Part shown: in pieces, positions 54,808 to 64,000 of the stretch
Layout of the letters: every line of letters begins with the position of its first letter
Numbering within the stretch: the first letter of the stretch is position 1
Origin: an uncultured Gammaproteobacteria bacterium
Lineage (GTDB): Bacteria > Pseudomonadota > Gammaproteobacteria > JACCXJ01
Assembly (NCBI GenBank): GCA_963764725.1
Contig: CAVXTM010000009.1
Span: 64,001-128,000 of the forward strand
Length of the DNA stretch: 64,000 bases
Direction of reading: 5' to 3'
Notes under the pieces: generated by a model
Database searches by the model: none
Told to the model about the DNA's origin: nothing
What the model saw: the letters and a program-made list of their open reading frames with translations, nothing else
Program-made: the position numbers and the translations under genes

Positions 54808-54925
54808 GAGACAAACCCATCTTACTACAAAGACTGGGCGGAAAGGTTTTCAGAGAGGCGGCAGAAATCGTACGGGACACCTCCCTAGCATTAGCGCGGA
54901 AATTTGCCTTCACTCGTTTTTACTC

Positions 54926-54970
54926 TTGACAGCATCCCAGTTTACCGGTGTACTAGTAAGGACTCCTAAT
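54926..54970 (+). promoter_or_regulatory. Putative promoter and autoregulatory operator of the MarR gene
   Basis: TTGACA at 54926; dyad TAAGGA-C-TCCTAA at 54957-54969. Confidence 0.45.
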
Positions 54971-54982
54971 AAAATAATATCA

Positions 54983-55648
54983 ATGGCGGCAACGATTTTC
55001 GATGGGATCAGCGACCCGATGCCCCAGCGTTTGATATCGGGCTTAGCGAAGATCGGGCTTGCTCTCAAAAGCCATGCGTGGAAGGACGCCGGGAGCCAAG
55101 GTCTGACGCCGACGCAGGGGGCGATCCTTGCGCTTCTGTACGCGAAGGGGAGGGGTGAGTGGAGACTGTTTTCTATTTCTAGAGCACTGGCGGTAAGCGC
55201 CCCGACGGCAAGCGAGGCGGTGACCGCGTTAGTCCGCAAGGGACTGGTTAGCAAAGGGCGAGCGGCGACTGACCAGCGGGCGCTGCTTGTTCAGTTAACG
55301 CCCAGGGGACGCGCTGAGGCGGAACGCACGGCCCATTGGCCAGATTTTTTGATCAGTGCTGTCGATGAACTGTCGCCGGTGGAACAAGAGGTATTTTGTC
55401 GCGGGCTGATCAAGATGATCCACGCCTTGCAGGAGCGGGGCGAGGTCCCAATTTCGCGCATGTGTGTGACGTGCCGGCATTTCCGCCCAAGTGTGTACGA
55501 CGATCCGGATACTCCGCATCATTGCGCCTTTGTAAACGCGGGGTTTGGCGAGCGCCACTTGCGGTTCGATTGCCCCGAACACGACACGGCCCCCTTGGAA
55601 CTGCGGCAAGAGAATTGGAACCGGTTTATTGATACCCATGGCGTTTAG
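54983..55648 (+). CDS. MarR-family regulator with a C-terminal Cys/His cluster
   Basis: GLTPTQGAIL, wHTH LVRKGLV...DQR...LTPRG; CVTCRHF...HHCAFV...DCPEH. Confidence 0.85.
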   Translation: MAATIFDGISDPMPQRLISGLAKIGLALKSHAWKDAGSQGLTPTQGAILALLYAKGRGEWRLFSISRALAVSAPTASEAVTALVRKGLVSKGRAATDQRALLVQLTPRGRAEAERTAHWPDFLISAVDELSPVEQEVFCRGLIKMIHALQERGEVPISRMCVTCRHFRPSVYDDPDTPHHCAFVNAGFGERHLRFDCPEHDTAPLELRQENWNRFIDTHGV

Positions 55649-55879
55649 CAGGGAGATCACACAATCCGGCCGCAACACCCCGGGTGCTTGCGCGGTGCGC
55701 GAATGTTTCCTAGGCTTACGACGCCGATTCGTTTCGCCGAAGCAGGAGGGAGCGTACTCAGATCACGCATTGCGATTCATCGTTTCGGCTGATCGTGATC
55801 GTAGCTTTGCCGGTCCAAAGTGGTTACCTACATAGCTTCAAGCAGCGATTCCAGCCAATTGAGTAGATGCCAGAATCGG

Positions 55880-56725
55880 GTGAAACTGAACGTCGATCAA
55901 TTCAGGGCTTGGGAGAACAAGAGCGTTACGCTTCTCGGCATGTCTGGTGTCGGCAAGACGCATCTCGCGAATATTCTCAGAAGCAGTCATTGGTTTCACT
56001 ATTCCGGTGATTATCGCATCGGTACCCGGTATTTGGGCGAAGCGATCCTCGACAATATCAAGCAGCAAGCCATGCAGATTCCGTTTTTGCGGGAGCTGTT
56101 TCGCGCTGACTCTATCTACATCTGCAATAACATTACGGTGGAAAATCTAAAACCCGTCTCCACCTTCCTTGGGAAGCTCGGGAATCCCGAGGCAGGTGGC
56201 TTGGGGCTCACCGAGTTTAAGCGCCGTCAGGCTCTCCACCACGAAGCGGAAATTGCGGCAATGAAGGATGTGCCCGTATTCATTCGCAAGGCGAAGGAGA
56301 TTTACGGCTACCGGCATTTCGTCAACGATGCGGGCGGCAGCGTATGTGAGCTCGATGATCACGGCGTGCTGGACACCCTCGCCAAGCATACGGTGGTGCT
56401 GTATATCGAAGCAACCGAAGTTGACGAGCAGGCATTGATCCGGCGCGCTGATGAAAATCCAAAACCACTGTATTACCGGGGTGTTTTTTTGGATGAGCAG
56501 CTCGCTGTGTTCAAGCGGGAACGCAAACTCGCTTACGTCGCGCTCATCAATCCGGATGAATTCGTGCGCTGGATTTTCCCCAGGTTATTCTACGCGCGCA
56601 TCCCTCGGTATCAGGCGATCGCCAAAAGGTACGGTTACACCGTCACAACGGCGGAGATTGCCCAGATCCAAAGCGAGGCCGATTTTCTCCACCTCGTCGA
56701 GACCGTGATCGCCCGCGAGTCCTAA
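55880..56725 (+). CDS. P-loop ATPase/kinase associated with metA
   Basis: LLGMSGVGKT, DYRIGTRY, DAGGS. Confidence 0.75.
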   Translation: MKLNVDQFRAWENKSVTLLGMSGVGKTHLANILRSSHWFHYSGDYRIGTRYLGEAILDNIKQQAMQIPFLRELFRADSIYICNNITVENLKPVSTFLGKLGNPEAGGLGLTEFKRRQALHHEAEIAAMKDVPVFIRKAKEIYGYRHFVNDAGGSVCELDDHGVLDTLAKHTVVLYIEATEVDEQALIRRADENPKPLYYRGVFLDEQLAVFKRERKLAYVALINPDEFVRWIFPRLFYARIPRYQAIAKRYGYTVTTAEIAQIQSEADFLHLVETVIARES

Positions 56726-56748
56726 GAGGTTCGGAGGGAAGACCGGTC

Positions 56749-57882
56749 ATGCCCCTCGTTGCAAATTCGGACCTACCGGCGTTCGCGGATCTGCGGCAGG
56801 AGGGCGAGACGGTGATCTCGAACGACATCGCCCTGCATCAAGACATCCGCGAGCTGCACATCGGGCTGCTCAATATGATGCCGGACAAAGCGCTAGAAGC
56901 TACCGAGCGGCAGTTTTTGCGGCTGGTCGGGGAAAGCAACCAGATCGCACAGTTTTACGTTCATCCGTTTACGATCGAGGAGCTAACACGCGGGCCCAAT
57001 GCCCGTGCTCACATTGCGCGGTATTACGAGACCTTTGATGATATCAAGGAAGCCGGGCTCGATGCGCTCATCATCACCGGCGCTAACGTGACGCAACCGG
57101 ATCTCGCGTTCGAACCTTTTTGGCAGCCCTTGATCGCGATCATCGATTGGGCATATGAAAACGTGACCTCAACCCTTTGTTCCTGCCTTGCCACCCATGC
57201 CGTGCTGCAGTTCCGTCACGGCAAGAAGCGCCGGCGTTTGAAATGCAAGCGCTGGGGGGTGTATTCCCATTACATCACGGACGGCCGGCATCCGCTCATT
57301 TCTGGCGTCAATACGCGCTTCGACGTGCCGCACTCGCGCTTCAACGAGATCGGTCGTGACCAGTTTGAATCCGCAGGGCTTTTGGCGCTCGTCGAAAGCG
57401 ATGAGGCGGGCGTGCATATCGCAGTGAGTGAGGACGGTTTCCGTATCGTGTTCTTTCAGGGCCATCCCGAATACGACACCGTCAGCTTGTTGAAAGAATA
57501 CAAGCGCGAAGTGCTGCGTTTCGCGAATGCTGATGTCGATGAATACCCGCCCTTCCCGGTGAACTATCTCACACCTTTGACCCAGGCGATCCTTGAGGAA
57601 TACGGCGAAGAGGTCAAAACGGCGCGGGCGCGAGTTGCTCCGATTCCCCCAATGCCGGAACACATTATCGTTCCTAATATCGACAATACCTGGCACGACA
57701 CGGCGGAGGCCGTCATAAATAACTGGATCGGCAAGGTTTACCAAACGACCAGCCTCAATCGGCGCAAACCGTTCATGGAAGGCATCGATCCCAGCGATCC
57801 GCTCGGGGTACGCGCATCGATCGAAGCCGTACCATCGAAATTTCACCAAGAGGCGGGCGCTGCGTTTGCCCCGCGAGAGTAA
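56749..57882 (+). CDS. metA: Homoserine O-succinyl/acetyltransferase
   Basis: IGLLNMMPD..ATERQF, IITGA, CSCLA, PHSR, QGHPEYD. Confidence 0.93.
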   Translation: MPLVANSDLPAFADLRQEGETVISNDIALHQDIRELHIGLLNMMPDKALEATERQFLRLVGESNQIAQFYVHPFTIEELTRGPNARAHIARYYETFDDIKEAGLDALIITGANVTQPDLAFEPFWQPLIAIIDWAYENVTSTLCSCLATHAVLQFRHGKKRRRLKCKRWGVYSHYITDGRHPLISGVNTRFDVPHSRFNEIGRDQFESAGLLALVESDEAGVHIAVSEDGFRIVFFQGHPEYDTVSLLKEYKREVLRFANADVDEYPPFPVNYLTPLTQAILEEYGEEVKTARARVAPIPPMPEHIIVPNIDNTWHDTAEAVINNWIGKVYQTTSLNRRKPFMEGIDPSDPLGVRASIEAVPSKFHQEAGAAFAPRE

Positions 57883-58011
57883 GGTGTAGACAAGACGTTC
57901 TCCCCCAGTTCAAGTAATACGCTTAGCATCCGATACAAAGAGGTCAAGCTTTACATTTCACTTCGTTGGGATTTTAACGCTTATCTCGTCACGCGCTGGG
58001 ACTGTGTCGCG

Positions 58012-59385
58012 ATGGAATCAAAAATCAGCACTCAAAACCTGCAGCTCAACATGTTCGTCTCCCGGCTTGACCGTCCCTGGCTGGGAACGCCTTTCCCGAT
58101 CGAAGGTGTGTGGCTTCAAGATCAGGCGACAATAAGTTTTCTGCAAGAACACTGTCAGTACGTATTCATCAGGACGGATAGGGTGCGCGAAGCGATCGCA
58201 AAGGATCCCGAGGGAGCTAGGGTCAGACGCGAACAGAATGCTGTGCTCGATCGGCTGCTATCGCCTAGCGGGTCGCCGATAGCTTCCTCTATATCTACAT
58301 CGGTGCCTGCGCCGGTCCGTATTCCACCACCAGGAGGGACCTTCGGTAGCGCAGTGGAATTTCGGCCCGCGAAACCCACGTTTTATGAAGACCGGACGAC
58401 GCTCGAAGAAGAATATAGCGGCGCACAAGGTGTGCGGCGCGAACTACGTGAATCGTTAAGCGAGCTCCTGGAGGACGTAAAATACGGAAAGGCGATCCAC
58501 ATCGTTGCCGTGAAAGCGGCGGTGCGCGGAATGATGGAAAGTATCCTGCGAAACCCGGACGGCGCGATGTGGCTTCGGCTCATGAAAGACAAGAATAGCT
58601 ATACCCATTATCACCACATTGACACCAGCGCGCTAGCTGTAGCCATGGGACGCCACTTGGGATTCTCGTCGGGTGAGATCTCCAACCTGGGCCTCGGTGC
58701 ATTGCTGAGCAACATAGGCACCGCAAATCTCCCATCGGATCTACTAATAAGCTCGAATCAGCTTTCGGAGGAGGAGATTAGCCTGGTCAGGCGCCATGTG
58801 GAATCGGCCGTAACGCTTTTAACCAAAACTCCTGGCATCGCCAAGCAGGTTATCGACATCATTGCCTGCCGCCACGAGTGGTTTGGTGGTGGTGGTTATC
58901 CAAACAGGTTAGAGGGGCGGGCAATCCCGGTGTTTGCCCGAATGGTGGCAATCGCCGAGTGGTTTGATGCATGCACGAGCGACCGGTTACATACGCCCGC
59001 GATTTCCCCGCACGCAGCGCTCCAACAGCTTTACCGACAGCGCAATACGCGCTTTCAACCCGAACTTGTAGAGCAGTTTATTCAAACGCTCGGGGTTTAC
59101 CCGACCGGGACCCTCGTCGAGCTCACCACGGGCGAGGTCGGGGTCGTGATCAGCCAAAATCGCGTACGCCAGCTTCGGCCCCGGATCATGCTCATGCTGG
59201 GATCGGACAAGTCACATTACAAATCGTACCCGATTGTCAACCTTTTCAAACAGGCGACGGATCAATCGGGGAATCCCTTGTCGATCGTGCGTGCGGTAGA
59301 CCCCGTTCAGTACGGCATCGAAACGCAGCAATTCTTCCTCTCGTCCGTCTGTTCAAAGTTATTGGGTCATCCCCGAGGTAAGTGA
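58012..59385 (+). CDS. DUF3391-like + HD-GYP domain protein (degenerate HD)
   Basis: LDRPWLGTPF N-terminus; LLSNIG in place of LLHDIG; RHEWFGGGGYP; GVYPTGTLVEL. Confidence 0.85.
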   Translation: MESKISTQNLQLNMFVSRLDRPWLGTPFPIEGVWLQDQATISFLQEHCQYVFIRTDRVREAIAKDPEGARVRREQNAVLDRLLSPSGSPIASSISTSVPAPVRIPPPGGTFGSAVEFRPAKPTFYEDRTTLEEEYSGAQGVRRELRESLSELLEDVKYGKAIHIVAVKAAVRGMMESILRNPDGAMWLRLMKDKNSYTHYHHIDTSALAVAMGRHLGFSSGEISNLGLGALLSNIGTANLPSDLLISSNQLSEEEISLVRRHVESAVTLLTKTPGIAKQVIDIIACRHEWFGGGGYPNRLEGRAIPVFARMVAIAEWFDACTSDRLHTPAISPHAALQQLYRQRNTRFQPELVEQFIQTLGVYPTGTLVELTTGEVGVVISQNRVRQLRPRIMLMLGSDKSHYKSYPIVNLFKQATDQSGNPLSIVRAVDPVQYGIETQQFFLSSVCSKLLGHPRGK

Positions 59386-59430
59386 CCGAAGCGCTGAACC
59401 CTATAGCCGCGCGCAGGTTCCCAAGACCGT

Positions 59431-60072
59431 TTATCGCACGCCGCAAACCACGATCGTCTTCCCTTTTACCCGAATCAGATCCTGTTGCGTGAAGATCTTT
59501 AATATCCGTCCGACAACCTCCCGTGAACAGCCGACGATACGGCCGAGTTCTCGACGCGTAACGCTGATCTGCATCCCATCGGGATGCGTCATCGCATCGG
59601 GTTCCTTGCAAAGATCTAACAGGGTCCTAGCGATGCGGCCAGAAACATCCAGAAAAGCCAGATCTCGTACCTTGCGGTTAGTTTTCAAGAGCCGCGTGGC
59701 TATTTGCGTCGCCAGCAAGTGTACGATGTGAGGGTAGATCGCTGGAAGATTACGCAGGCGGTCATAGCTGATATGCGCCACTTCGCACTTTGTTTTTGCC
59801 CGAACAAACGCGGTCCGCTTTATGTTCTCGACGAAAAGCCCGGTTTCCCCAAAGAACTGGCCGGAATTCAGGTAAGCAAGAACGATTTCGTGCCCACTAT
59901 CATCCTCCAGTATCACGGTTACAGACCCCTTGATAACGTACAGTAGTTCGTCGGCCGGATCCCCGCGTGTTATGATGAGCGCTTTGGCGGAATACTGCGC
60001 GCGACGGCAGTGGCCTAGAAACTCTTCTAGCAGTGGATCACTAGTACGCTTAATGGGACCGAGGATCGACAA
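59431..60072 (-). CDS. crp: cAMP receptor protein (CRP/Vfr)
   Basis: FFGE.GLF, RTA, LAFLDVSGRIA, HPDGMQI, GCSRE. Confidence 0.93.
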   Translation of the reverse strand: MSILGPIKRTSDPLLEEFLGHCRRAQYSAKALIITRGDPADELLYVIKGSVTVILEDDSGHEIVLAYLNSGQFFGETGLFVENIKRTAFVRAKTKCEVAHISYDRLRNLPAIYPHIVHLLATQIATRLLKTNRKVRDLAFLDVSGRIARTLLDLCKEPDAMTHPDGMQISVTRRELGRIVGCSREVVGRILKIFTQQDLIRVKGKTIVVCGVR

Positions 60073-60172
60073 GGGTTACCTCACGGTATACGATACGCTC
60101 GAAGATTGTTTAGCAAGGGGGCGTGTAAGGGTGTAACCGCGTAAAACGGTTTTAGGCAGAGTTATAAGCACC

Positions 60173-60592
60173 ATGCGTGCGGTTATCAGATGGACGGAAG
60201 ATGCCTTGTTCGTGGCCGAATCGGGCAGCGGCCACACCGTCGTAATGGACGGCCCGCCAGAGTTCGGCGGCCGAAATGTCGGCATTCGGCCAATGGAGAT
60301 GCTGTTACTGGGCATGGGAGGCTGCACGGCCTACGATGTGGTGTCAATACTACGGAAGGCTCGGCAAGACGTTAGGTATTGTAGAGTTGAGATCGAAGCC
60401 AAGCGCGCAGATAGCCCACCACAAGTATTTACTTCGATCCACGTGCATTTCCTCGTGCGTGGAAAACGATTATCGCCACAGCAAGTTGAGCGAGCTATTC
60501 GGCTGTCAGCGGAGAGGTACTGCTCGGCCTCGATAATGCTCGGAAAGACAGCTGATATTACCCACGAATTTGACATTGTCGAAGCCGACTAA
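60173..60592 (+). CDS. OsmC/YhfA-family protein
   Basis: RPMEMLLLGMGGCT, ERYCSAS; divergent from crp. Confidence 0.92.
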   Translation: MRAVIRWTEDALFVAESGSGHTVVMDGPPEFGGRNVGIRPMEMLLLGMGGCTAYDVVSILRKARQDVRYCRVEIEAKRADSPPQVFTSIHVHFLVRGKRLSPQQVERAIRLSAERYCSASIMLGKTADITHEFDIVEAD

Positions 60593-61467
60593 ACCACACT
60601 GACTGTCGCGGCGCCAGATGGGGGATCCCCGATTGCTACGTTAGAGGCTCGGTTAGTTAGGCTGACGGCATCGTCACCTTTTTTCCACGCCGTGACGCCC
60701 AAGTTTATCGCCAAGCTTTCGGCCGCGGGGCCACGAGCCCATTCTAGGGAGTCGGATTTATCCATCTCCGCGCGTAGTTTTCCAGCAAGTTGCACCGCCG
60801 ATTCGAGGTTGGTCTCAGGCAAAACCACGAGTATGCTGCTGCCCCCCCAATGGCCAATAATGTCTACCCAGCGTAGCCTTTCCTTAAGGAAGCGGGCGGT
60901 CTGAATTAGCGCCGCCGCGCGGCCGGATTTGGCACTTGAATTGTTAGGCACTGACTGGCCCAGATCAATCATGAAAACCGCTAAGGCGTTGTTATAGCGT
61001 CGGCTTCTCGATACCTCGGCGACCAACTGCGCCTTCACCGACTGTTGCGTGAGCAACCCGGTATCCGGGTCAGTTTCGTTCAACGCCGCAGAGACTAAGC
61101 TTAAATGCTTGCGTTTTCGGACGATCTCGTAGTGGGTGACATCGACGACGCAAGCCACTTCGAACGCCTGTCCGGGTTCCATCTGCACGTGGCGGGCAAT
61201 AAAATTCAACCAGCGTTCTGGGTGACCGGGCGTGGCAGGTAGTTGATAGGTCTCAACCGTTTTGAATAGCGTGAGGATCCGGTTCACGGGCAGCTCGTCT
61301 CGGGATTTTCCGACGGTGGATTGGTAGGTGACGGCGAGCTGTGAACATAGAGCGTCGTTTGCCCAGATTATCGTTCCGCCGTCGTCGGCAACGAATATCC
61401 CGATGGGAAGAGATTCTAGGATTTGTAAAGCTACTGCTGGGGAAATTGGAGTTTCTGCTTGGCTCAT
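60589..61467 (-). CDS. PAS + degenerate GGDEF protein
   Basis: LESLPIGIFVAD..G.I.WAN; DPDTGL, RSRRY, LRWVDIIGHWGGSSI. Confidence 0.8.
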   Translation of the reverse strand: MSQAETPISPAVALQILESLPIGIFVADDGGTIIWANDALCSQLAVTYQSTVGKSRDELPVNRILTLFKTVETYQLPATPGHPERWLNFIARHVQMEPGQAFEVACVVDVTHYEIVRKRKHLSLVSAALNETDPDTGLLTQQSVKAQLVAEVSRSRRYNNALAVFMIDLGQSVPNNSSAKSGRAAALIQTARFLKERLRWVDIIGHWGGSSILVVLPETNLESAVQLAGKLRAEMDKSDSLEWARGPAAESLAINLGVTAWKKGDDAVSLTNRASNVAIGDPPSGAATVSVV

Positions 61468-61574
61468 AGGTTCCGAGTGGAGAAGATTATTATGAAGCGG
61501 AGAGGCCGATCGCTTAGCGGTAAGTTGTACCTTAACTTTAGATCCGCGAGTCCTGCGCGCAAACGGAGGAGGGC

Positions 61575-62300
61575 TTACGGCCTTGCGCCGACGCAGTTCA
61601 GATAAGCTTCTTCTATGCCGGTGGCGCCGAAGTGCTCGCAAAATGCCGCAGGTACGCCTTGGTAAAGGATCTGTCCCTGGTGTAATACCGCCATTCGGTC
61701 GCATAGCGCACCGATGTCAGTGAGCATGTGGCTGGTGAAAAACAACGTAAGCCCCGCTTGTTTGCGGATCAGCAAATCGCGTTTAAATAACACGCGAGCT
61801 TTCGGATCGAGACCACTCATTGGTTCATCCAGCACGTATAGATCTTTGCCACTCAGTAAAGTTGCTGCAAGACCGAGTTTTTGCGCTGTCCCTTTCGACA
61901 GATGTCGCACCGGATTTCGCAACACTGACGGATCCAGATCCAGGGTATGTAGGGTTGCCTCAACTTTGTTCAATTGCCAAGGCTGGCGGTGCAGTGCGTT
62001 CATGAAGCGAAGAAACTCGTTGCCTGTGGCAAAATTCGGCGGGATAAACTGCTCCGGAAGAAATGCAAGGCGGGATCTTGACGCGGGTTGGGAGTGCGGG
62101 AGACCAAAGATGTCGATAGATTCGCCGCCGGCATCACAAAGATCCAAGAGGCATTTGATCAAGGTCGTCTTACCGGCGCCGTTGATCCCAACGAGGCCGA
62201 GGAACTCACCTTCACGGACACGGAGATCAACGTTTTCCAAGACGCGCAGCTTTCCGAACCGCTTCGATGCGCCCTTGAAGTGTATTGCTGCGCGATCCAC
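61575..62300 (-). CDS. ABC transporter ATP-binding protein
   Basis: GINGAGKTT, LSKG, LDEPMSGLD, TSH. Confidence 0.93.
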   Translation of the reverse strand: MDRAAIHFKGASKRFGKLRVLENVDLRVREGEFLGLVGINGAGKTTLIKCLLDLCDAGGESIDIFGLPHSQPASRSRLAFLPEQFIPPNFATGNEFLRFMNALHRQPWQLNKVEATLHTLDLDPSVLRNPVRHLSKGTAQKLGLAATLLSGKDLYVLDEPMSGLDPKARVLFKRDLLIRKQAGLTLFFTSHMLTDIGALCDRMAVLHQGQILYQGVPAAFCEHFGATGIEEAYLNCVGARP

Positions 62301-62372
62301 CGTCTTGCCGAACGGACGCGTAAGCCGAAAAAACCCGCCGGCAATTTCTATCCTATCTGCCCAGATTGGGTA

Positions 62373-63134
62373 TTAATAGAGGAAATATCCGTTGCAGTCA
62401 GCGGAAGCACCATTAATATTCCAAATGGAGGGAGTAGTAGCAGTACCTACAGTGACACAAGCGGTCGTGGCGTCCGAACCACCCACGTTTCCAAACGATG
62501 TCGATGTATCGGTTAGCGGTGCCGACCGCAAAATCCCGCTATCGGGCAAGCTATCGTCCACCTTTACATCCATCTCCCGCATAACATTGACCGGGACGTT
62601 GCGTCCCGTGATGAGGTGTAAACGAGGTGCCTGACCCGGGGCAGCGGGCCGATAATCGTTGGTGCGCGCAAGAAGCAAAAACCCGTTCCAAGGATTTCTC
62701 GGTGCTGCAGGCGTTGCCGTGCTTACATAAGCGCCTTCAGCATTGGCAGTCCCTGGATAGTTACCCTGCAAGAATCCTGCGAACGTCATATGTGACCAGG
62801 CTGCCGCAGCTTCGCTCCAAACGGTAGCGTCTATTTGCCCGTTGCCGCCCGGCGCGGCAGCAGCACCGCCCACACCGGCTGGACAGCTCCATGCCGGATT
62901 GTTACCAATAGCGCCGCAGACCTGGCTTGCCAGCATATCCCCCGGCACCGCACGGTAACGGTCGACGAACCCGTAGTAGGCGGCTTGCACGCTCGCGGCT
63001 TGATCGGCGAGATTCCGTACCCGCGCCGCGGTTATCAATTCTTGACCCTTCAAGATACCGCCGAGCAGCAGCCCGATAATGACCAGCACGATGGCGATTT
63101 CCACCAAAGTGAAACCCCGTTGCTTCTTTACCAT
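62373..63134 (-). CDS. Type IV pilin / T2SS pseudopilin
   Basis: QRG/FTLVEIAIVLVIIGLLLGG prepilin cleavage-methylation motif. Confidence 0.9.
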   Translation of the reverse strand: MVKKQRGFTLVEIAIVLVIIGLLLGGILKGQELITAARVRNLADQAASVQAAYYGFVDRYRAVPGDMLASQVCGAIGNNPAWSCPAGVGGAAAAPGGNGQIDATVWSEAAAAWSHMTFAGFLQGNYPGTANAEGAYVSTATPAAPRNPWNGFLLLARTNDYRPAAPGQAPRLHLITGRNVPVNVMREMDVKVDDSLPDSGILRSAPLTDTSTSFGNVGGSDATTACVTVGTATTPSIWNINGASADCNGYFLY

Positions 63135-63309
63135 AATGAAATTCTCCTATTAGGACGATAGTATTGTGCAGGCCCTATACCATGTTATCATATCGTTGAT
63201 AATGAAGCATATTATCGCTTCCTTTCTGGCCCGATGACCCCGCGGGCTGTCGGTTCTTTAAGACAATCGTCGAATGATCCACAACATTTCCAGAATCAAC
63301 CGGTATCGG

Positions 63310-64000
63310 TCACTTGTTCCTGGGCGGAGGATCACGTTGGGGCGGTTGCAGTTGATTTAAGCGCAAAGTAAGGAATTGGATCTCATCCGGATCGGTCACT
63401 GTGCCGCTTTCGAGCAAGGCCCCAAGTAATACCCTAGCGGTTTCGATTTCGCCCATGTCTTCGAGAACAAAGATATGCATCTGCTTCGCCCAGTGCGGCA
63501 CGTCCTTGCCGGTGGCATAGCGCGCGATTGCCTGGGCATAACGCAGTGCCAGGGGTAAGTCGGCGAGGCGGTGCTTGGCCAGCACCGCGGCGTGTGCGAG
63601 CCAAGGCCAGCGCCGGTTAGGATCGTCCAGAAACCGCTGGTACACGAATTCGAGCATTTGCCGCTGTTTGACTGGCGTCGGAACCTCGGCGTACAACCGG
63701 CTCGCGGCGAGCAACGGGTATTGAGAGCGTGGGGCAAGCGTTAAAATCGCATCGAGCCAACCGATGACATGGCCATAGTTCAAGTTCCGGAAGGGGATAC
63801 TAATGCCCGGCTGGTTATCGAAGGCCTGTAGCCAGAGCATGAGGACCCGTCCGAGCGCCTCTGGTTCCCCGAAGCCCGCAACGTTTAAGACGTCGATCCG
63901 CGGAGGCGACGGCAGCGCGCGGGCGATCGCTTGTGAGGGAGGCTGTTGAGTTTGCCAGAGGATCTGCAAGGCAAGGCCGCAACACAGTGATAACAATACC
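63310..64000 (-). CDS. Conserved hypothetical membrane protein next to the pilin/ABC genes (5' end outside the window)
   Basis: Open frame with N-terminal hydrophobic stretch and WLQAFDNQPG..., WPWLAHA; context. Confidence 0.7.
   Translation of the reverse strand, partial: VLLSLCCGLALQILWQTQQPPSQAIARALPSPPRIDVLNVAGFGEPEALGRVLMLWLQAFDNQPGISIPFRNLNYGHVIGWLDAILTLAPRSQYPLLAASRLYAEVPTPVKQRQMLEFVYQRFLDDPNRRWPWLAHAAVLAKHRLADLPLALRYAQAIARYATGKDVPHWAKQMHIFVLEDMGEIETARVLLGALLESGTVTDPDEIQFLTLRLNQLQPPQRDPPPRNK

Overview
GC-rich gammaproteobacterial chromosome segment. The core backbone is mtnA-gyrA-pheA-hisC-tyrA-aroA-cmk-rpsA-ihfB-lapA-lapB-mfd ... DUF2007-oxoprolinase ... tRNA-Arg(CCT)-MarR-ATPase-metA-HD-GYP-crp-osmC-GGDEF-ABC-pilin. 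It is interrupted by two accessory regions. (1) About 20.2-42.3 kb lies between direct copies of the mfd 3' end/DUF2007 gene/oxoprolinase tail. It begins with IS481, IS50(Tn5)-like and IS110 elements at one REP doublet. The IS110 has a readable bridge RNA: its target guides match the REP, its donor guides match its own ends, and it has a CT core and a circle-junction promoter. The region continues with an intI remnant, a di-heme peroxidase, a primase/DUF3987 satellite remnant, two IS91/ISCR-like copies around USP-ABC1 kinase and adenylate-cyclase-STAND genes, a DUF4157 pseudogene and a truncated xth. (2) About 46.8-54.7 kb lies next to the tRNA 3' end and carries an integron-cassette-like DUF3800 gene, RAYT remnants, GNAT and HD genes, and an exported heme-dioxygenase/SLOG pair. 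The left edge carries an open DUF4062-nSTAND1-FGE gene that the ORF track missed. All family assignments come from motif recognition by eye, not from database searches.
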